From Octopus vulgaris (taxonomy: Eukaryota): DNA of 64,000 nt. The notes beneath the pieces are model-generated. The model had not been told where the DNA came from and made no database searches. It saw nothing but the letters and a program-made list of their open reading frames with translations. A program made the position numbers and the translations under genes. Within the stretch, counting starts at the first letter, position 1. Each line of letters begins with the position of its first letter. The DNA lies in contig OX597814.1 of the NCBI GenBank assembly GCA_951406725.2, forward strand, positions 18,290,001 to 18,354,000, written 5' to 3'. Shown here piece by piece: positions 13,325-27,137 of this stretch.

Positions 13325-13712
13325 CTCTTTTACTTGTTTCAGTCATTTGACTGCGGCCATGCTGGAGCACCGCCTTTAGTCGATCAAATCGACCCTGGGA
13401 CTTATTCTTTGTAAGCCTAGTACTTATTTTATCGGTCTATTTTTTGCTGAACCGTAAAGTTACGGGGACGTAGACACACCAGCATCGGTTGTCAAGCGAT
13501 GTTGGGGGGACAAACAGACACACAAACACGCACACATATACATATATATACGACGGGCTTCTTTCAGTTTCCGTCTACCAAATCCACTCACAAGGCTTTG
13601 GTCGGCTCGAGGCTATAGTAGAAGACACTTGCCCAAGGTGCCACGCAGTGGGACTGAACCCGGAACCATGTGGTTCGTAAGCAAGCTACTTACCACACAG
13701 CCACTCCTACGC
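13325..13712 (-). mobile_element. SINE family B, full length
   Basis: tRNA-like head, CORE-like ccttgggcaagtgtcttc, internal (TA/TG)n and gtaaaaga tail. Confidence 0.92.
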
Positions 13713-15214
13713 ATATATATATATACTGATGCAAAGATGCTCGTATATAATTTTTGCTTACTGAAAGTAATACTGCATGAAGAGTTTTACGAAACGGCTG
13801 TAGTCATTTAGAAGTCATACGAAAAAAAAAAGAGAAATCTATCTTAATCTCACACCTACTGAATTATTCCTTATAACAACGCATTGAAAGTTTCCCACTC
13901 GGATTTTTTTCGATTTTCAGTTACATGGTACATTCTCATTACTTTGCAATACATAGTAATTGACTACTCTGTGTGTGTGTGTGTGTGTATGTGTGCGTGC
14001 GTTGCGCTATTTGCTTCAGACCCTTGCGTTCTGAGTTCATATCCCAACGTGATGAATATGTGCGGTACACGAGCGGTACACTTAATTCATCGCTCGGTCT
14101 TACGACACAACATAGCAATCTGAATTATTTGTGTACAGGAGTCCCTGCTAATGCGTACATTTGGATGAGGTCTTCAGTTTGAAGAAATTTCTTCCCCTAT
14201 TCCCATCAGTTTCGGGGAGCTTGTTTAACGCACACATCCGCTGCCTACCACCAATGACGAAAGAGATTTAAAAAATGGGAAGTTTTCTTTAAATTTCTTT
14301 AATATTTTTAGGAATTTCAACAAACGGATAATGCTACCCGTAAGTGGACATGAAATAACTGTACATGCTATAAGTCCATAAGTATTTCAGTTTCTTTACC
14401 AATATTTAAAAACACCTGCGTCCATGTTTTGCCTGAGTACATGTGATCAAACTGACTCTAGCTATATTTCTGGTACTTATTTCATACTTTTAGAATTATT
14501 TCATGCAAGATTAATGATTACCAGGAGTTAAACGCAGGTGAAAAGAGCCGTAATTCTAATTTGTGCAATATATGTTGTTTGGCATTCTGCTATTTGTAAG
14601 TCTCTGCCGTAAGATAAATTATAATTAATTATAAATTAAGTAAAAATGTTTGGATTGTATTTCTGTTTAGTTTCAGTAATTATTCATTATCTACTTCAAG
14701 CATTACTCTATTGTAGCTTGTGTTTCATCTTGTCTTCTTTGTATTACCTTTGTCTTTATTCCCTTGTTTCTTCTTACCTGTCTTCATGTACTTTTGTGTA
14801 TGTATCTTCTATTCACTTCAGGTCAAATATTGACTTCTTTGTCTGTTATATTCGTCTTTCTGCAATTGAAGGTCAAAAAGTATAAATCCAACTGAAAAGT
14901 TCTCGAATTTTCACTTCAATTTTCATTTTGTATAATTCGTAAGTTATTTACTTCGTCTTTCACTCCAGTTTCGTCATCTCCATTATTATTCTCGCTCAAT
15001 TTCTTCATCATTCCATCCTCTCTCTCTCTCTCAGTACATACGCCCACACACATTTACAAATACGCAAACACCCCACACACACGCACAAGCACAAACACAC
15101 ACATGCACATGTATGTACTTCCCAAGTTTTTTTTTGCTTAAATTCGAGTCAGCCCCCAGCCACATGTGGTTTACTTTCTGCTTGAACTCTGCATCATTCA
15201 CAATTCCACGTCTT

Positions 15215-15600
15215 TGTGGTAGGTAGCTTGTTTACCAACCACATGGTTCCGGGTTCAGTCCCACTGCGTGGCACCTTGAGCAAGTGTCTTCTACTATAGC
15301 CTCGGGCCGACCAAAGCCTTGTGAGTGGATTTCGTAGACGGAAACTGAAAGAAGCCCGTCGTATATATGCATATATATATATATAAGTGTGTGTGTGTTT
15401 GTGTCTGTGTTTGTCCTCCTAGCATTGCTTGACAACCGATGCTGGTGTGTTTATGTCCCCGTTACTTAGCGGTTCGGCAAAAGACACCGATAGAATAAGT
15501 ACTGGGCTTACAAAAGAATAAGTCCCGGGGTCGAGTTGCTCGATTAAAGGCGGTGCTCCAGCATGGCCACAGTCAAATGACTGAAACAAGTAAAAGAAAA
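15215..15600 (+). mobile_element. SINE family B
   Basis: Near-identical to other family B copies. Confidence 0.92.
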
Positions 15601-15869
15601 AAAGAAAAAAAGGATACATCACTATTATTTTATCCCTTTTCCTCTCTAATCTACCTCCCCTAGTCTAGTGCACTATTTCTTCGGTCCAACCGACACTCTT
15701 ACTTTATTAATTACGCTTTCTGTTCCTTTCTCACTCTTTCACCATTTCCTTCATAATCTGTCAATATCTACCTTATCCACCAGTCTTTATATTACTCTCT
15801 CTCTCTATCCCTCCCTCCTTTGCACTCATTCTCTCTGTTTCTCTCTGTCTCTCTCTCACACTCTTTCTA

Positions 15870-16014
15870 CCTTTCTACCTACCTACCTACCTACCTACCT
15901 ACCTACCTACCTACCTACCTACCTACCTACCTACCTATCTACCTACCTACCTACCTACCTACCTACCTACCTACCTACCTATCTACCTACCTACCTACCT
16001 ACATACCTTCCTAC

Positions 16015-16070
<56 letters not shown>

Positions 16071-16085
16071 TTATCTATCTATCCA
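15870..16085. repeat. (CTAC)n/(CTAT)n microsatellite
   Basis: Directly visible. Confidence 0.95.
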
Positions 16086-16699
16086 TTTGTCTAGTTAGCT
16101 CGATAGGATCTGTATGAACTGAACAAGCAAAAGTTGACTGGTGATTTTGCCTTTAATATATAGAGATTATAAAGTCTGCTAATGCTCTCCCCTTTAACAC
16201 TTGTATAGGATATCAGAAACTATTTGAAACCTTCAAACACAGAAAGGATACCGTATGAACTGACCTTTATAGAGAGGGAGATTACATATCATTCTAAGGA
16301 TTTCCAGTTTATTTGAGCTTGAATGATGCCTAAAAAAGGTAAACCATGACGGATCATATGGCTTTGTATACTAACTGCGGTTGCCTGTTCGTATACTTGT
16401 TCCGTTATCAGTATATAAATGTACTTGCGATGTCTACATAGTTCTTAAGCTTGTAGATGTCATGGCTAAGGCAAGTTTGGAGAATCGCCACCGGTTTCGA
16501 ATGTTCGGGAATTTGTGTCGATTCTACTTGTATCTAGTTCTCAAATATCTTTATAATTTTTTTCATCAGTGTGATCCATATCTCGAGTTAGTGGACCAAA
16601 AAACGGTTGAGGCTGCCCTACTCAGGATATAAAATCTTCTGTTGGCAAATATTTGAATATGAAAGTGACATTTAAAAAAAAATCTAGAGACTATTTTTA

Positions 16700-17460
16700 A
16701 AATCACGGGTAAAATTTTTGTCAGTTTCAGTATCATTTTAAGACCCTGTCGTTGAACTATTAAGCTTTAAATATCAAATTCTTTTTGTACTTATTCCTTA
16801 TAAATATCTCAGGTGGTTTAAAATCTTGTCTAAATTGCATTCGTTGTAAATGATGATGCTTAGATGGAAATGCTCGGTTAGATAACACATTTGAAGAATG
16901 TTTTGTTCTGAGAAAGTAGATTGGTAGAGAGCACTGCAGTGAGTCACTGTTAGATAACTATTACGCACTTTCTTTAGAGGGTGCAACAGTTGCCGAGCTA
17001 ATGAGGCATAATAACTCCAGAGTTTGTGGTTCCTGAGCAAAGTCATCACCATATATAGTTCAATGATAAGTTTTGATCAGATGGTGGCCGATAGCTTTCC
17101 GAAATTGAAACACATTCTTTCAGAGCCGGAATTTAACACGCTTCTTTCATATCATAATCCTGTGTAATTGTTTTCGCAGAGGAAGCAAATATTAAACAGC
17201 GTAAGAACAAGTATGCAACATTGTTTAACTCCAATGTTTATATTGAGTAACTCAAAATTTCTGCTCACCTACAACAATATCAACCAACATCTCTGGATGA
17301 AAATGATTGATGAGATTTGGGCTGGCTGAACAACTAGACCAGAACAGCCATCACCTTTTAAAAATATATATAACGAGCTAATATTAATACAAAAAACGGG
17401 CCGATAGTTGAAGAAAGGAAACAATATTCTAGCGGGAATTGCTGGTGACGCGTGCTGAAA
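16700..17460 (-). mobile_element. decayed CR1-like LINE, 3' RT/C-terminal part
   Basis: YYASLARQLL..VRNSYL resembles the YxSLVRPHLEY..WNPYL motif; TIGPFFVLI resembles VLGPLLFLI. Confidence 0.4.
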
Positions 17461-19073
17461 AGGTAAACGCAATTGCTTTCAAATTTCCTGAAGAAAGGGG
17501 AAAGGAAAAACTCTTCTTAAGGAAACAAGGTGCCTTACGGTTACAGCAGTCGAACACACGCCTTTATGAAAATGAACCAAAGCACTAGGCAACACACTTT
17601 CACACCCACCGATATACTGGTATAAAACGTACCTATATGTGTGTGTATATGCGTGTGTAGGTGTGTGTGTACTTGTGTGAGTGCATAAAATATATATACA
17701 TATACATATATGTGTATGTGTGTGTATGCATATATATACATAATATATACATACACACATACGCACAAATACACAAACGCCTAAACACGCACATGCAAAC
17801 CTATGCATACATACATACATTCAGACACATAATATACACACGCTCATAAACACACACACATATATATGCATGTGCGTGTGTTGAAGTATCTTCTAATGTA
17901 CAGCTATTTTGTCTTAAACTTGACATTCATTGGCTATTATCGTCTTTTATATTTGCCTATATATTCCTGTACGCTCTGTTGTCAGGGTTTATATATAACG
18001 TACTTTCCACTATTAACATTCAGCTCCGGTCCGTAAAAGCTCATATTTCTTATGGCAATACTTATCGTGTGTCAGAGAGAAATCCTTTTTTTTATATATA
18101 TATATATTATCCTGTAGTTTCATTTACTTTCGTTACCTTTATTCATTTGTCCTTTGTCTTTCATTTATTTATTTACTTTCGATTTACGTTAACGTTAGTC
18201 TTACAATCTCTGTCCTCATAACAGAGCCAAGAGAATATAATCTTTGAACAGATCTGACTTCAAGTTACCTATTTTAAGGTTTTCGTATGTTAAATTTCTC
18301 ACTCGCATTTATGAGACGAAGCATGAGTTGTTTCGCGCATACGATTAGCAATTCCAAATCTTCCATTGTTTGCATCTCTTATCTCAGTATACTTGAAGGT
18401 TTCCTCCTCATCAACAGGCAAGTTTCTTTATAAGAAACTCAGTGGCTACAAAATAAATGAAAAAAAACAAAAATGAAAAGAAAATGAACTCTTAAATTTA
18501 CGTCCAAATCCACGGAGTACAGCATCATAGCAGTAATAAGCCAAATCTGATATGCGAAATGCAGAAAAAAAATTTACAACTTTCATTTTTACTATTTCTC
18601 TTTGTTTATTTCATTTCGCTTTTAAACTATTTCTCATGGAACAAACTCTGTAAGAAATCTTTATAAAAGATATTTTCTGTATATTTTGATATTTTCTTCT
18701 CTGTTAACTCTGCAAGATAAGAGACGAGTTGCATATCTTTATATCCACAGGCAGTTTTCTCTAGTGTCACTTTCTACTTCACTATCATACACAGCACATC
18801 TGCATATGTATCTATGCGTGTGTACACATAGGCACACTCACATGTATATGTATGTATGAACTATATATATTCACGTATTTATACATACGCATACGCACAT
18901 ATCATATGTTTCTCTGAGTACATATACATATGCGTGCATATATTTAAGTATCGACCCCTGAGTTACTTTTTAAAATTTCTACCGATTAAAATATAAAAGT
19001 ACGCGTAACACAAATCACCCCGGTATATATACACACATACACACATACATACACACATACGTACATACATACA

Positions 19074-19149
<76 letters not shown>

Positions 19150-19429
19150 ATGTGTGTGTGCGCGCAAAAGTGCGTATCCCACAGGTTATTGTATTAATTT
19201 CGAGAACATATGTTCAAATCTTGGTTCAAGCGTCACGTTGTATCCTTGTGTATGGTACTTAATCCATTTCACCGTCACTCAAATCCATTCACCTGTAACT
19301 GAATCTCACCCTGATACTGGTACAACGTTACCACCCTTCAGTTGTTACAATATCGATATTCCAGTAGGTTTTTGTATTGGAGAGTTATTACAAACAATAG
19401 CAGCCCCTTAGATATGTTTATGACATATC

Positions 19430-20160
19430 TTAGATATTTGACTATTCAGAGACGGCAATGACAGCTACATTTTAAATATTGTATTTTAGCAAATTCTATT
19501 CGAACTATACTAAGACCTATTAGTTTGTATTTAAATTTGTTGAAATCCAGTGTAATGTTCAGGTACATCATACCTTCATTTGACTGATCGAGTAGCTGCT
19601 TTCGCAGCTAGATATTATTCCGTGGCATTTTTGCAAAGCTTCTTGAAAACCACGTTAGGTGCCATGTTCCTCTAGGAATATATTTTCTTCTTGATGATTC
19701 GTTCGACGACATTGTTTATACATGAAATCAATTATATTGACTCGTGTTTTTTTTTTTTTGATATCTCTGTTTCTACCCTCGTGGATAAGGCATACTACAC
19801 TCAAATTTTGAGTGACTTTACTATTACACAAAATATTTTGGAATAACCGATGTCTCTTGACTAAGGCCACTTTACAGTTTTTGAGAGAAACGCTGGGAAA
19901 GAGGCGCTGCTACAAACATTTTAATTGTGTCTACGGCAGTGGTCCATCAATTTCTTCTACGTTTAGGTACTTTAGAGCTACAAGGAAGGCTATAGTATTG
20001 AAAAATTCCGTTGACTCAACCATTTATATTTATACCAGCAGTTTGTCAACCACACAATTGAAGTCTTCATTGAATAGTTTACTCACATGCAAGAATCAGA
20101 TGGGAATCACTTCTTTCAAACTGCGGCCTTCTTCAGTGGTGCACAGAAGCTGTTTCCATT
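19430..20160 (-). mobile_element. decayed CR1-like LINE, RT N-terminal part
   Basis: Minus-strand remnants GFQ and MMYLNITLDFNK (cf. QHGFR and VIYLDFxKAFD). Heavily disrupted. Confidence 0.35.
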
Positions 20161-20165
20161 GCTAT

Positions 20166-20554
20166 GTGGAAGCACTCCGTCGATTACGACGATGAGGGTT
20201 CCGGTTGATCCGAATCAACTGAACAGCCTGCTCGTGAAATTAACGTGTAAGTGGCTGAGCACTCCACAGACACGTGCACCCTTAACGTAGTTCTCGGGTA
20301 TATTCAGCGGGACACAGAGAGTGACAAGACCGGCCCCTTTAAATACAGGTAAAACAGAAACAGGAAGTAAGAGTGAGAGAAAGTTGTGGTGAAAGAGTAC
20401 AGCAGGGATCACCTCAATCCCCAGCCGGAGCCTCGTGTAGCTTTTTTAGGTGTTTTCGCTCAATAAACACTCACAACGCCCGGTCTGGGAATCGAAACCA
20501 CGATCCTATGACCGCGAGTCCGCTGCCCTAACCACTGGGCAATTGCGCCTCCAC
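20166..20554 (-). mobile_element. SINE family C, full length
   Basis: TSD ttccattgctat at 20154-20165 and 20555-20566. Confidence 0.92.
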
Positions 20555-20813
20555 TTCCATTGCTATACAGTTGAAAACGTTCGGGTTAATGTTTTCTAAA
20601 GCCCATCATTACTCTGCCTTTGATGGAAAGCTTAATTCGATTTTTCAAAGAAAATGAGTGACAATTTAAGTAATGATTTCATTCTCATTCACTCGTTTAT
20701 TTAAAGTATTTGAAATGATTTCTTAGTCTCGTGAAAATGTTTCTGCCTTTGGAATTGAAATTCTTTTCACCGTCATGTATTTTCATTCCATTGGCATTAT
20801 TCATATTAACTAA

Positions 20814-21910
20814 GGCGGCGAGCAGGCAGAAACGATAGGACGCCGAGCGAAATGCTTCGCAATATTTCGTCTGTCTCTATGTTCTGAGATCAAATTCTAC
20901 CGAGGTCGACTTTGCCTTTCGGAGTCGATAAATTAAGTACCTATTTCTTTACTACCCACAAGGGGCTAAACAGAGAGGGGAGAAACAAGGACAGACAAAT
21001 GGTTCAAGTCGATTATATCGACCCCAGAGCGCAACTGGTACTTTATTTATCGACCCCGAAAAGATTAAAGACAAAGTCGACCTCGGCGGAATTTGAACTC
21101 AGAACGTAACGGCAGACGAAATACGGCTTCGCATTTCGCCCGGCGTGCTAACGATTCTGCCAGCTCCCCGCCTTCTTAGTGGATAAATTAAGTACCAGTT
21201 GCTTACTGTGGTCGATTTAATCGACTGACCCCCCTCCCCAAAAATTTCGTACCTTGTGCCTAGAGTAGAAAAGATTATTCCATATTAACTAAGGCGGTGA
21301 GCTGGCAGAAACATTAGCACGCCGGGCGAAATGCGTAGCCGCATTTAGTCTACCGTTACGTTCTGAGTTAAAATTCCGCTGAGGTCGACTTTGATTTTCA
21401 TCCTTCCGGGGTTGATAAATTAATTTCCAGTTACGTACTGGGGTCGATATAATCGACTTGATCCGTTTGTCTGTCCATCTTTGTCCTCTCTGTGTTGAGC
21501 CCCTTGTGGGTAGTAAAGAAATAGGTATTTCGTCCGCCGCTACATTCTGAGTTCAAATTCCGCCGAGGTCGACTTTGCCTTTGATATTTTCGGGGTCGAT
21601 AAATTAGGTACCAGTTACGCACTGGGGTGGATATAATTGACTTACTCTCTTTGTCTGTCCTTGTTTGTTCCCTCTATGTTTAGCCCCTTGTGGACGATAA
21701 AGAAATAAGTAACATTGGCACACCGGGCGAAATGCTTAGCGGTATTTCATCTGTTTTTACGTTCTGAGTTCAAATTCCGCTAAGGTCGACTTTGCTTTCC
21801 ATCTTTTCGGGGCTGATAAATTAAGTACAAGTTGCGTACTAGGGTCGAGCTAATCAACTGCTCCCCACCTCCCCTAAAATATCGGAGCTTGTCCCTAGAG
21901 TAGAAAAGAT
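20814..21910. mobile_element. nested cluster of SINE family A copies
   Basis: A plus copy at 20814-21273 is interrupted by a minus copy (~20942-21175, TSD gataaattaagtacc). A plus dimer at 21293-21708 and another plus copy to ~21910 follow. Confidence 0.88.
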
Positions 21911-21914
21911 TATT

Positions 21915-22470
21915 CATTTTTATATTATTGTCCTTCATACAGAATGTCTGAGTCTAGTTTATCTTAAATACTTTTCTCTAGATTGATTTTACTTGAACCC
22001 TGGAGAAATTTAGAATTTCAGTTTGAACAAATTTAGGTTGAAGTCTACCAACATCTGCGTCTTATGTTTCCTTGAGCTACGCATTTTGTCTTAATGATCA
22101 GAGAAGATTCACGTGAATAATTTCCTCGTTAGCAGATATCCGGGTTGTTTTTGCTTTTGCTTGAAGAGGAGATCATTTGTTTTATGAATTGCATGTCATT
22201 GAAATAAAGCAGAGACACACATTTGTGATTTTAACATGGTATGCCTTGAGGAAGATGCAGTTCTTTGGTCGCTTAGGTTAGTAAGGTTGGTGTCAACCAA
22301 CAGGTGTTCAATTATTGTACTAGATTTATAAAAGGCGATATTACGCTATTCCAGGTGAACAACGCAGCTTCCTCGTGAAGTTCTGCTGCTGATGTACTTA
22401 CAGTTAGGTATACTTCGGTTAGCGCTACGCATATTGCTTCAGTGCATATAACTTCTCTTAGTTGAGGAAT
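21915..22470 (-). mobile_element. decayed LINE apurinic endonuclease (APE) domain
   Basis: Minus-strand AICVALTEVYL (cf. IxLTETWL) and MLVDFNLN (cf. ILGDFN). Confidence 0.45.
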
Positions 22471-22519
22471 TGTTACAAATACAATTTGTGTTACATACGA
22501 TGTAATATGAGGAAGTAAA

Positions 22520-22782
22520 TAGTAAAAGTAAAGGTAAGTTTCCTTTTCGAGTAAGACCGACTCATAAGGGCCGGTTTTCCGGTTTCCATGGCGTATATAT
22601 TCCCTACCTGTACGGGACTCCGGACCGTCGCCGTATTACTCATTTTTGCCAGCTGTGTGGACTGGAGCAACCTGAAATGAAGTGTTTTGCTGAAGAACAC
22701 AAAGCATCGCTCGGTCCAAGAATCGAAACAGCAATCTTAAGACCATGACTCTAGCAGCCCTAAACAATAAACCGAGCGCCTC
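22520..22782 (-). mobile_element. old tRNA-headed SINE (CORE-like)
   Basis: Minus-strand head with gtttcgattcttggacc, core gtgttcttcagcaaaacacttcatttc and a (ctttta)-type tail. Confidence 0.6.
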
Positions 22783-23149
22783 TGCAATAAAACAAAACGC
22801 AGCCCATGTACAGTTCTACAAAATATATTTGTGGTATTTTTCAAATGCCTTCATTTTCGCGCGCTAGTGCTGGAAATATCCCTGCAGATAATAAATTTCC
22901 GTAGGTAATTTACCGGTTTGAGATCATTGCTATTTTAAATTAAAATAATGAGGGTAAAAATTGGTATATAACTGTACATGGATTTTCTTTCGGAAAAGCG
23001 TTTCTGTGTATAGTTCTGTGAAATACGTTTTGAAATGCAACAGGCTAAGCTGAGGATTTACAAATACTTGCATTTTGCATTTTGCAACTATTAATAATGA
23101 AATCATGATACGTAGGTAACCGTTTTATTTTATAAATTTTCATTTTCAT

Positions 23150-23265
23150 TTACATTTTGCCGTTTGCTGGGATTTTTTCTTTCTTGAGAACAAACTCTTT
23201 GTGGTAAGGCGATTTGACGTCAGTCTCTAGCATATAGGAACCCACTTTAGTGGTCATTCCTCTTA
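23150..23265. repeat. diverged terminal fragment of the family at 33993-34396
   Basis: ttcttgagaac...gtggtaag...ctagcat...ccactttagtggtcattcctc aligns to 34300-34390 and also ends next to (TA)n. Confidence 0.6.
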
Positions 23266-23272
23266 TTAATTG

Positions 23273-23322
<50 letters not shown>

Positions 23323-23328
<6 letters not shown>

Positions 23329-23785
23329 GAAATATTAAAATTACTAAGTCTCTCTAAAAGAGATTACGGCAGCGTTACTGGAAATTAATTGTTATCGCCA
23401 TACTAATATGGCAGTCTTATAGATATAAGGCTAAAGCTGTCGCTGATTAGCTCCATGAGGCCATCGCCTTAAGCTAGCTATTTGACACACAAACTGTGTC
23501 CATTGTAACCTTCGAACAAGGGAGGTCAGCCGCTTCACACTGCCAGTCAGACAGTTACAGACGCGTTCCAGGGTATTTGCCCTTTGTCATTGTAACATAG
23601 TCAGACCCAGCAGGTGTCGCCACTGATGGTCTCTGTTCGAAGGTTTCATTTACCTAGTTTCGGTGGAATACATCCACTTGTTTTCAATAATAGAAATATT
23701 AAAATTACTAAGTCTCTCTAAAAGAGATTACGGCAGCGTTACTGGAAATTAATTGTTATCGCCATATTAATATGGCAGTCTTATA
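23323..23785 (-). mobile_element. 364-bp permuted unit with 99-bp terminal direct repeats and a degenerate hammerhead (Penelope/retrozyme-like)
   Basis: 23323-23421 equals 23687-23785 with one mismatch. (TA)n on both sides. Hammerhead-shaped motif at 23554-23596. Confidence 0.65.
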
Positions 23786-25369
23786 TATATATATATATAT
23801 ACACACACACGGACGAACACACGTACACACACACGCATGTATACACACACATATATGTGTGTGTCTCAACACACATCACTAGACACAACGTGCTTTCGCT
23901 GTTCAGTTCATTGCACACCTTTGCATTTATTCGTCTTTGCTCTTTTGGATTCATTTAGCGAATTGCTTAGGACAGAAATATGAATTACTATTGTTTGTAT
24001 TATTTCCTTCGTTGATGAAGTTAAGATAGAACAATTGCTGAGGTAAGAACGCCTAAAGAACGCCTATTGAGGCTCAAACATGTGTCTACGATTATCATCT
24101 TCCCACTAGTCTATGTGCCTCCCCAGTTCCTTAATGGCATGTCATCTTAGGAGAATTCCTCATTCTTGAGATACATCCACAATAGTCTCAATCACTATAT
24201 GATACTTTTAAATTTAACGCATCCTTTGAAGGAAATATAAAAGAAGAAAAAAATTATATTGTATGCTCTTTGTTTAAACATATACCCTTATATCATATAT
24301 ATGTATGTAAATACACACACATACATATCACTATTGATGTGCTTTAATTCGAAGCGAAACTATCTTGCTAGTATAGTGACCTCGCTCGCTGAGGGGCAGT
24401 TATCTCCCCTGTCAGTACATAGGCAATGTGCTTTTTGTGGCTACAAGGGTCTTTGACTATTGTCTCTAGCAATACAGGTGCTAACCTGAACCTTCTGTCG
24501 CTATTAGCGGCAACTGATGTTTTCCTATTTGGTGTCATATTGCGTCTAGCCACCGTCGTTATGTCATTTGTATGTGGATATATATATATATACAAATTAA
24601 GGGAGTGAGGCAGATACAATTCAGCCAACGCATGCTTCCTCACTACATATACTTATGTGAAGTAATTACTCAACGAGTGCTAATCAGCTAGCTGGTCATC
24701 AGGTCGAAGATGCCTTAATTATCTAAAGGTTGCATTATCGTTAAGGACACTCAAGTTAAGACGTCGAAGATATAATCAAATCATTGGATCTTATAATTGT
24801 GTACACACATACACATATATACACGCACATATATATATATATAGTCAAGACACACATATATATAGTCAAGACTATTGAAAAGGTTGCAAGACAGAAAAGG
24901 AGAAAGATGGGGAGGGAGACAGATAGAAAACGGTGAAGGAAGGGAGGCAAAAAGGGAACTGGAGAATGATGGGGGAAGAAAACAATATAGAGTAGAGTAT
25001 GGTATGAAAAAGGTGAAGTAAAATTTACCTGGAAATGCATAATATATATGTACATATATATATACATATGCATATATGGGTGTAAGGCGTCACCAACAGT
25101 AAACAACATGAAATACGAAAACAGATGAGTTGATTACGCAAACAACGAGAGAAATATATGGAAAACAGGACAAGTAACAGAAAGAGCGACCCTTCATCAG
25201 TTGTCGGCTGTCTGTGTACTCCTCATTTCGAGCATTCAAGTACAATATGTGTCTTAAAAAACAATTGGTCCCATAAATTCTAAAATAAAATTTAGGATTT
25301 ATACACACACACGCACAGACACACACGTATAGATACACATACACATTTATACATACATACATACATACA

Positions 25370-25437
<68 letters not shown>

Positions 25438-25440
<3 letters not shown>

Positions 25441-25837
25441 TTATATATATAAAAATAAGGTTGTGTGTCTGTCTCCTACGATTTAGATTCCTAACTACTT
25501 CCACATTTTGCGGTGCAGTTTAACCAAAACCGGGTATCTTATAGTCGTGATTCATATCGAGCCCTTCTGGGTTTTAGCGCGCGTCTACGATGAGTCTACG
25601 ATTTAAAAAAAAATTACCATCATTTTTTTCCATTTTAATGCATTTTTTCGCTATTATATACGGGAAGTAACTCCCTAAAAAGGTCTACGATGAGTCAACG
25701 ATTAAAAAAAAATTTTACCATCATTTTTTTTTCTATTTTTAATGCATTTTTTTGCTATTTTTTGGCTATAATTCTCTAAAAATGCTTATATAGTTATTTC
25801 CCTTACAAACCCGAGCAACGCCGGGCGATACTGCTAG
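25438..25837 (+). mobile_element. non-autonomous Helitron (400 bp)
   Basis: 5' A|TC start, subterminal hairpin cccg-agcaacgc-cggg at 25810-25825, 3' CTAG end, and an internal ~99-bp duplication. Confidence 0.8.
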
Positions 25838-26188
25838 CAGTTACATAAAGGAGAGAGAGAGAGAGACAGAAAGACAGAGGGTGTGAGGGGAAAAATGAGA
25901 TAAGTCATCTCAGACGATGACAACCAGGTTAGGAGACAAGCTCTAATCTTAAGGATTTACTGAATGTTGTTAAGATCCCTTGAGAATATCGCGGATGTTT
26001 TAAAGAATATATGAAATATTACAAGAGAATCGGCGACAAGTTCAAACAGCAATTGACCTTATTTTAGTAACTAGATCTCACTCCGCACATTCCACGTAAT
26101 TAAACAACCGTACTTTACTTAAAACCGAATTATTTACTTCATATATGCCTTTCATTTTTATTCTTTTATTCGTAACCCTTATTTCTCG

Positions 26189-26530
<342 letters not shown>

Positions 26531-26794
26531 TATATTCTGCAGCTGCGTTTAGATTCGATGTATTCATCATTGTTTTATATGAGTAGCAGGTTTAGAGGCG
26601 AAAATGACTGGTAGTTTTTCTTATCCTTACATAGAATTTATTAAGGGGACATATTATCTAATAATCCTTTATTATATGGGCCATCAATATAGCTACGTCT
26701 TTGAAGAGCTAACCGATTTTGTAAACCATCGAACACCCTGGAATTTATAAAGCACGTATATATATATATAATGGTGAGGGTTTTTGGCATCAAA

Positions 26795-27025
26795 GTACAT
26801 TATTTACATTTGACGGATATTTGTCCTCATCTTGTTTGCTAACACAACTTTCGGCTGATATACACTTCACCCTTCATCTTGGGGAAATTTCGAACCTAGG
26901 TTCTCATTCCTAATGTATTTTTCAGTATCATTATTATTATTATCATTATTAAGGTCACTGCCAGGAATCAAACTCGGAATATTGGGGTTAGTAGCCCACG
27001 CTCTTAACCACTAAGCCATATGCCC
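26795..27025 (-). mobile_element. tRNA-headed SINE with (AAT)n spacer and hammerhead-type tail (core deleted in this copy)
   Basis: Head gggcatatggcttagtggttaagagcg...gagtttgattcc. The tail is the reverse complement of 27305-27450. Confidence 0.75.
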
Positions 27026-27137
27026 TATCCTTCCTTATTACCGGTTCCCATATGCTACTCATATCTGTACTCGGTCTGTTTAGGAGGTTGCTGTGTCCTA
27101 ACATTTGTGCTGCTTCTTTTCGTTTTTGTATTTTCCA

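Noticed and set aside
25081-25280. Hammerhead (minus-strand CTGATGAAG with upstream CGAAA)
   Set aside because: Stems I-III cannot be paired. Probably a repeat fragment, but not supportable as a ribozyme.
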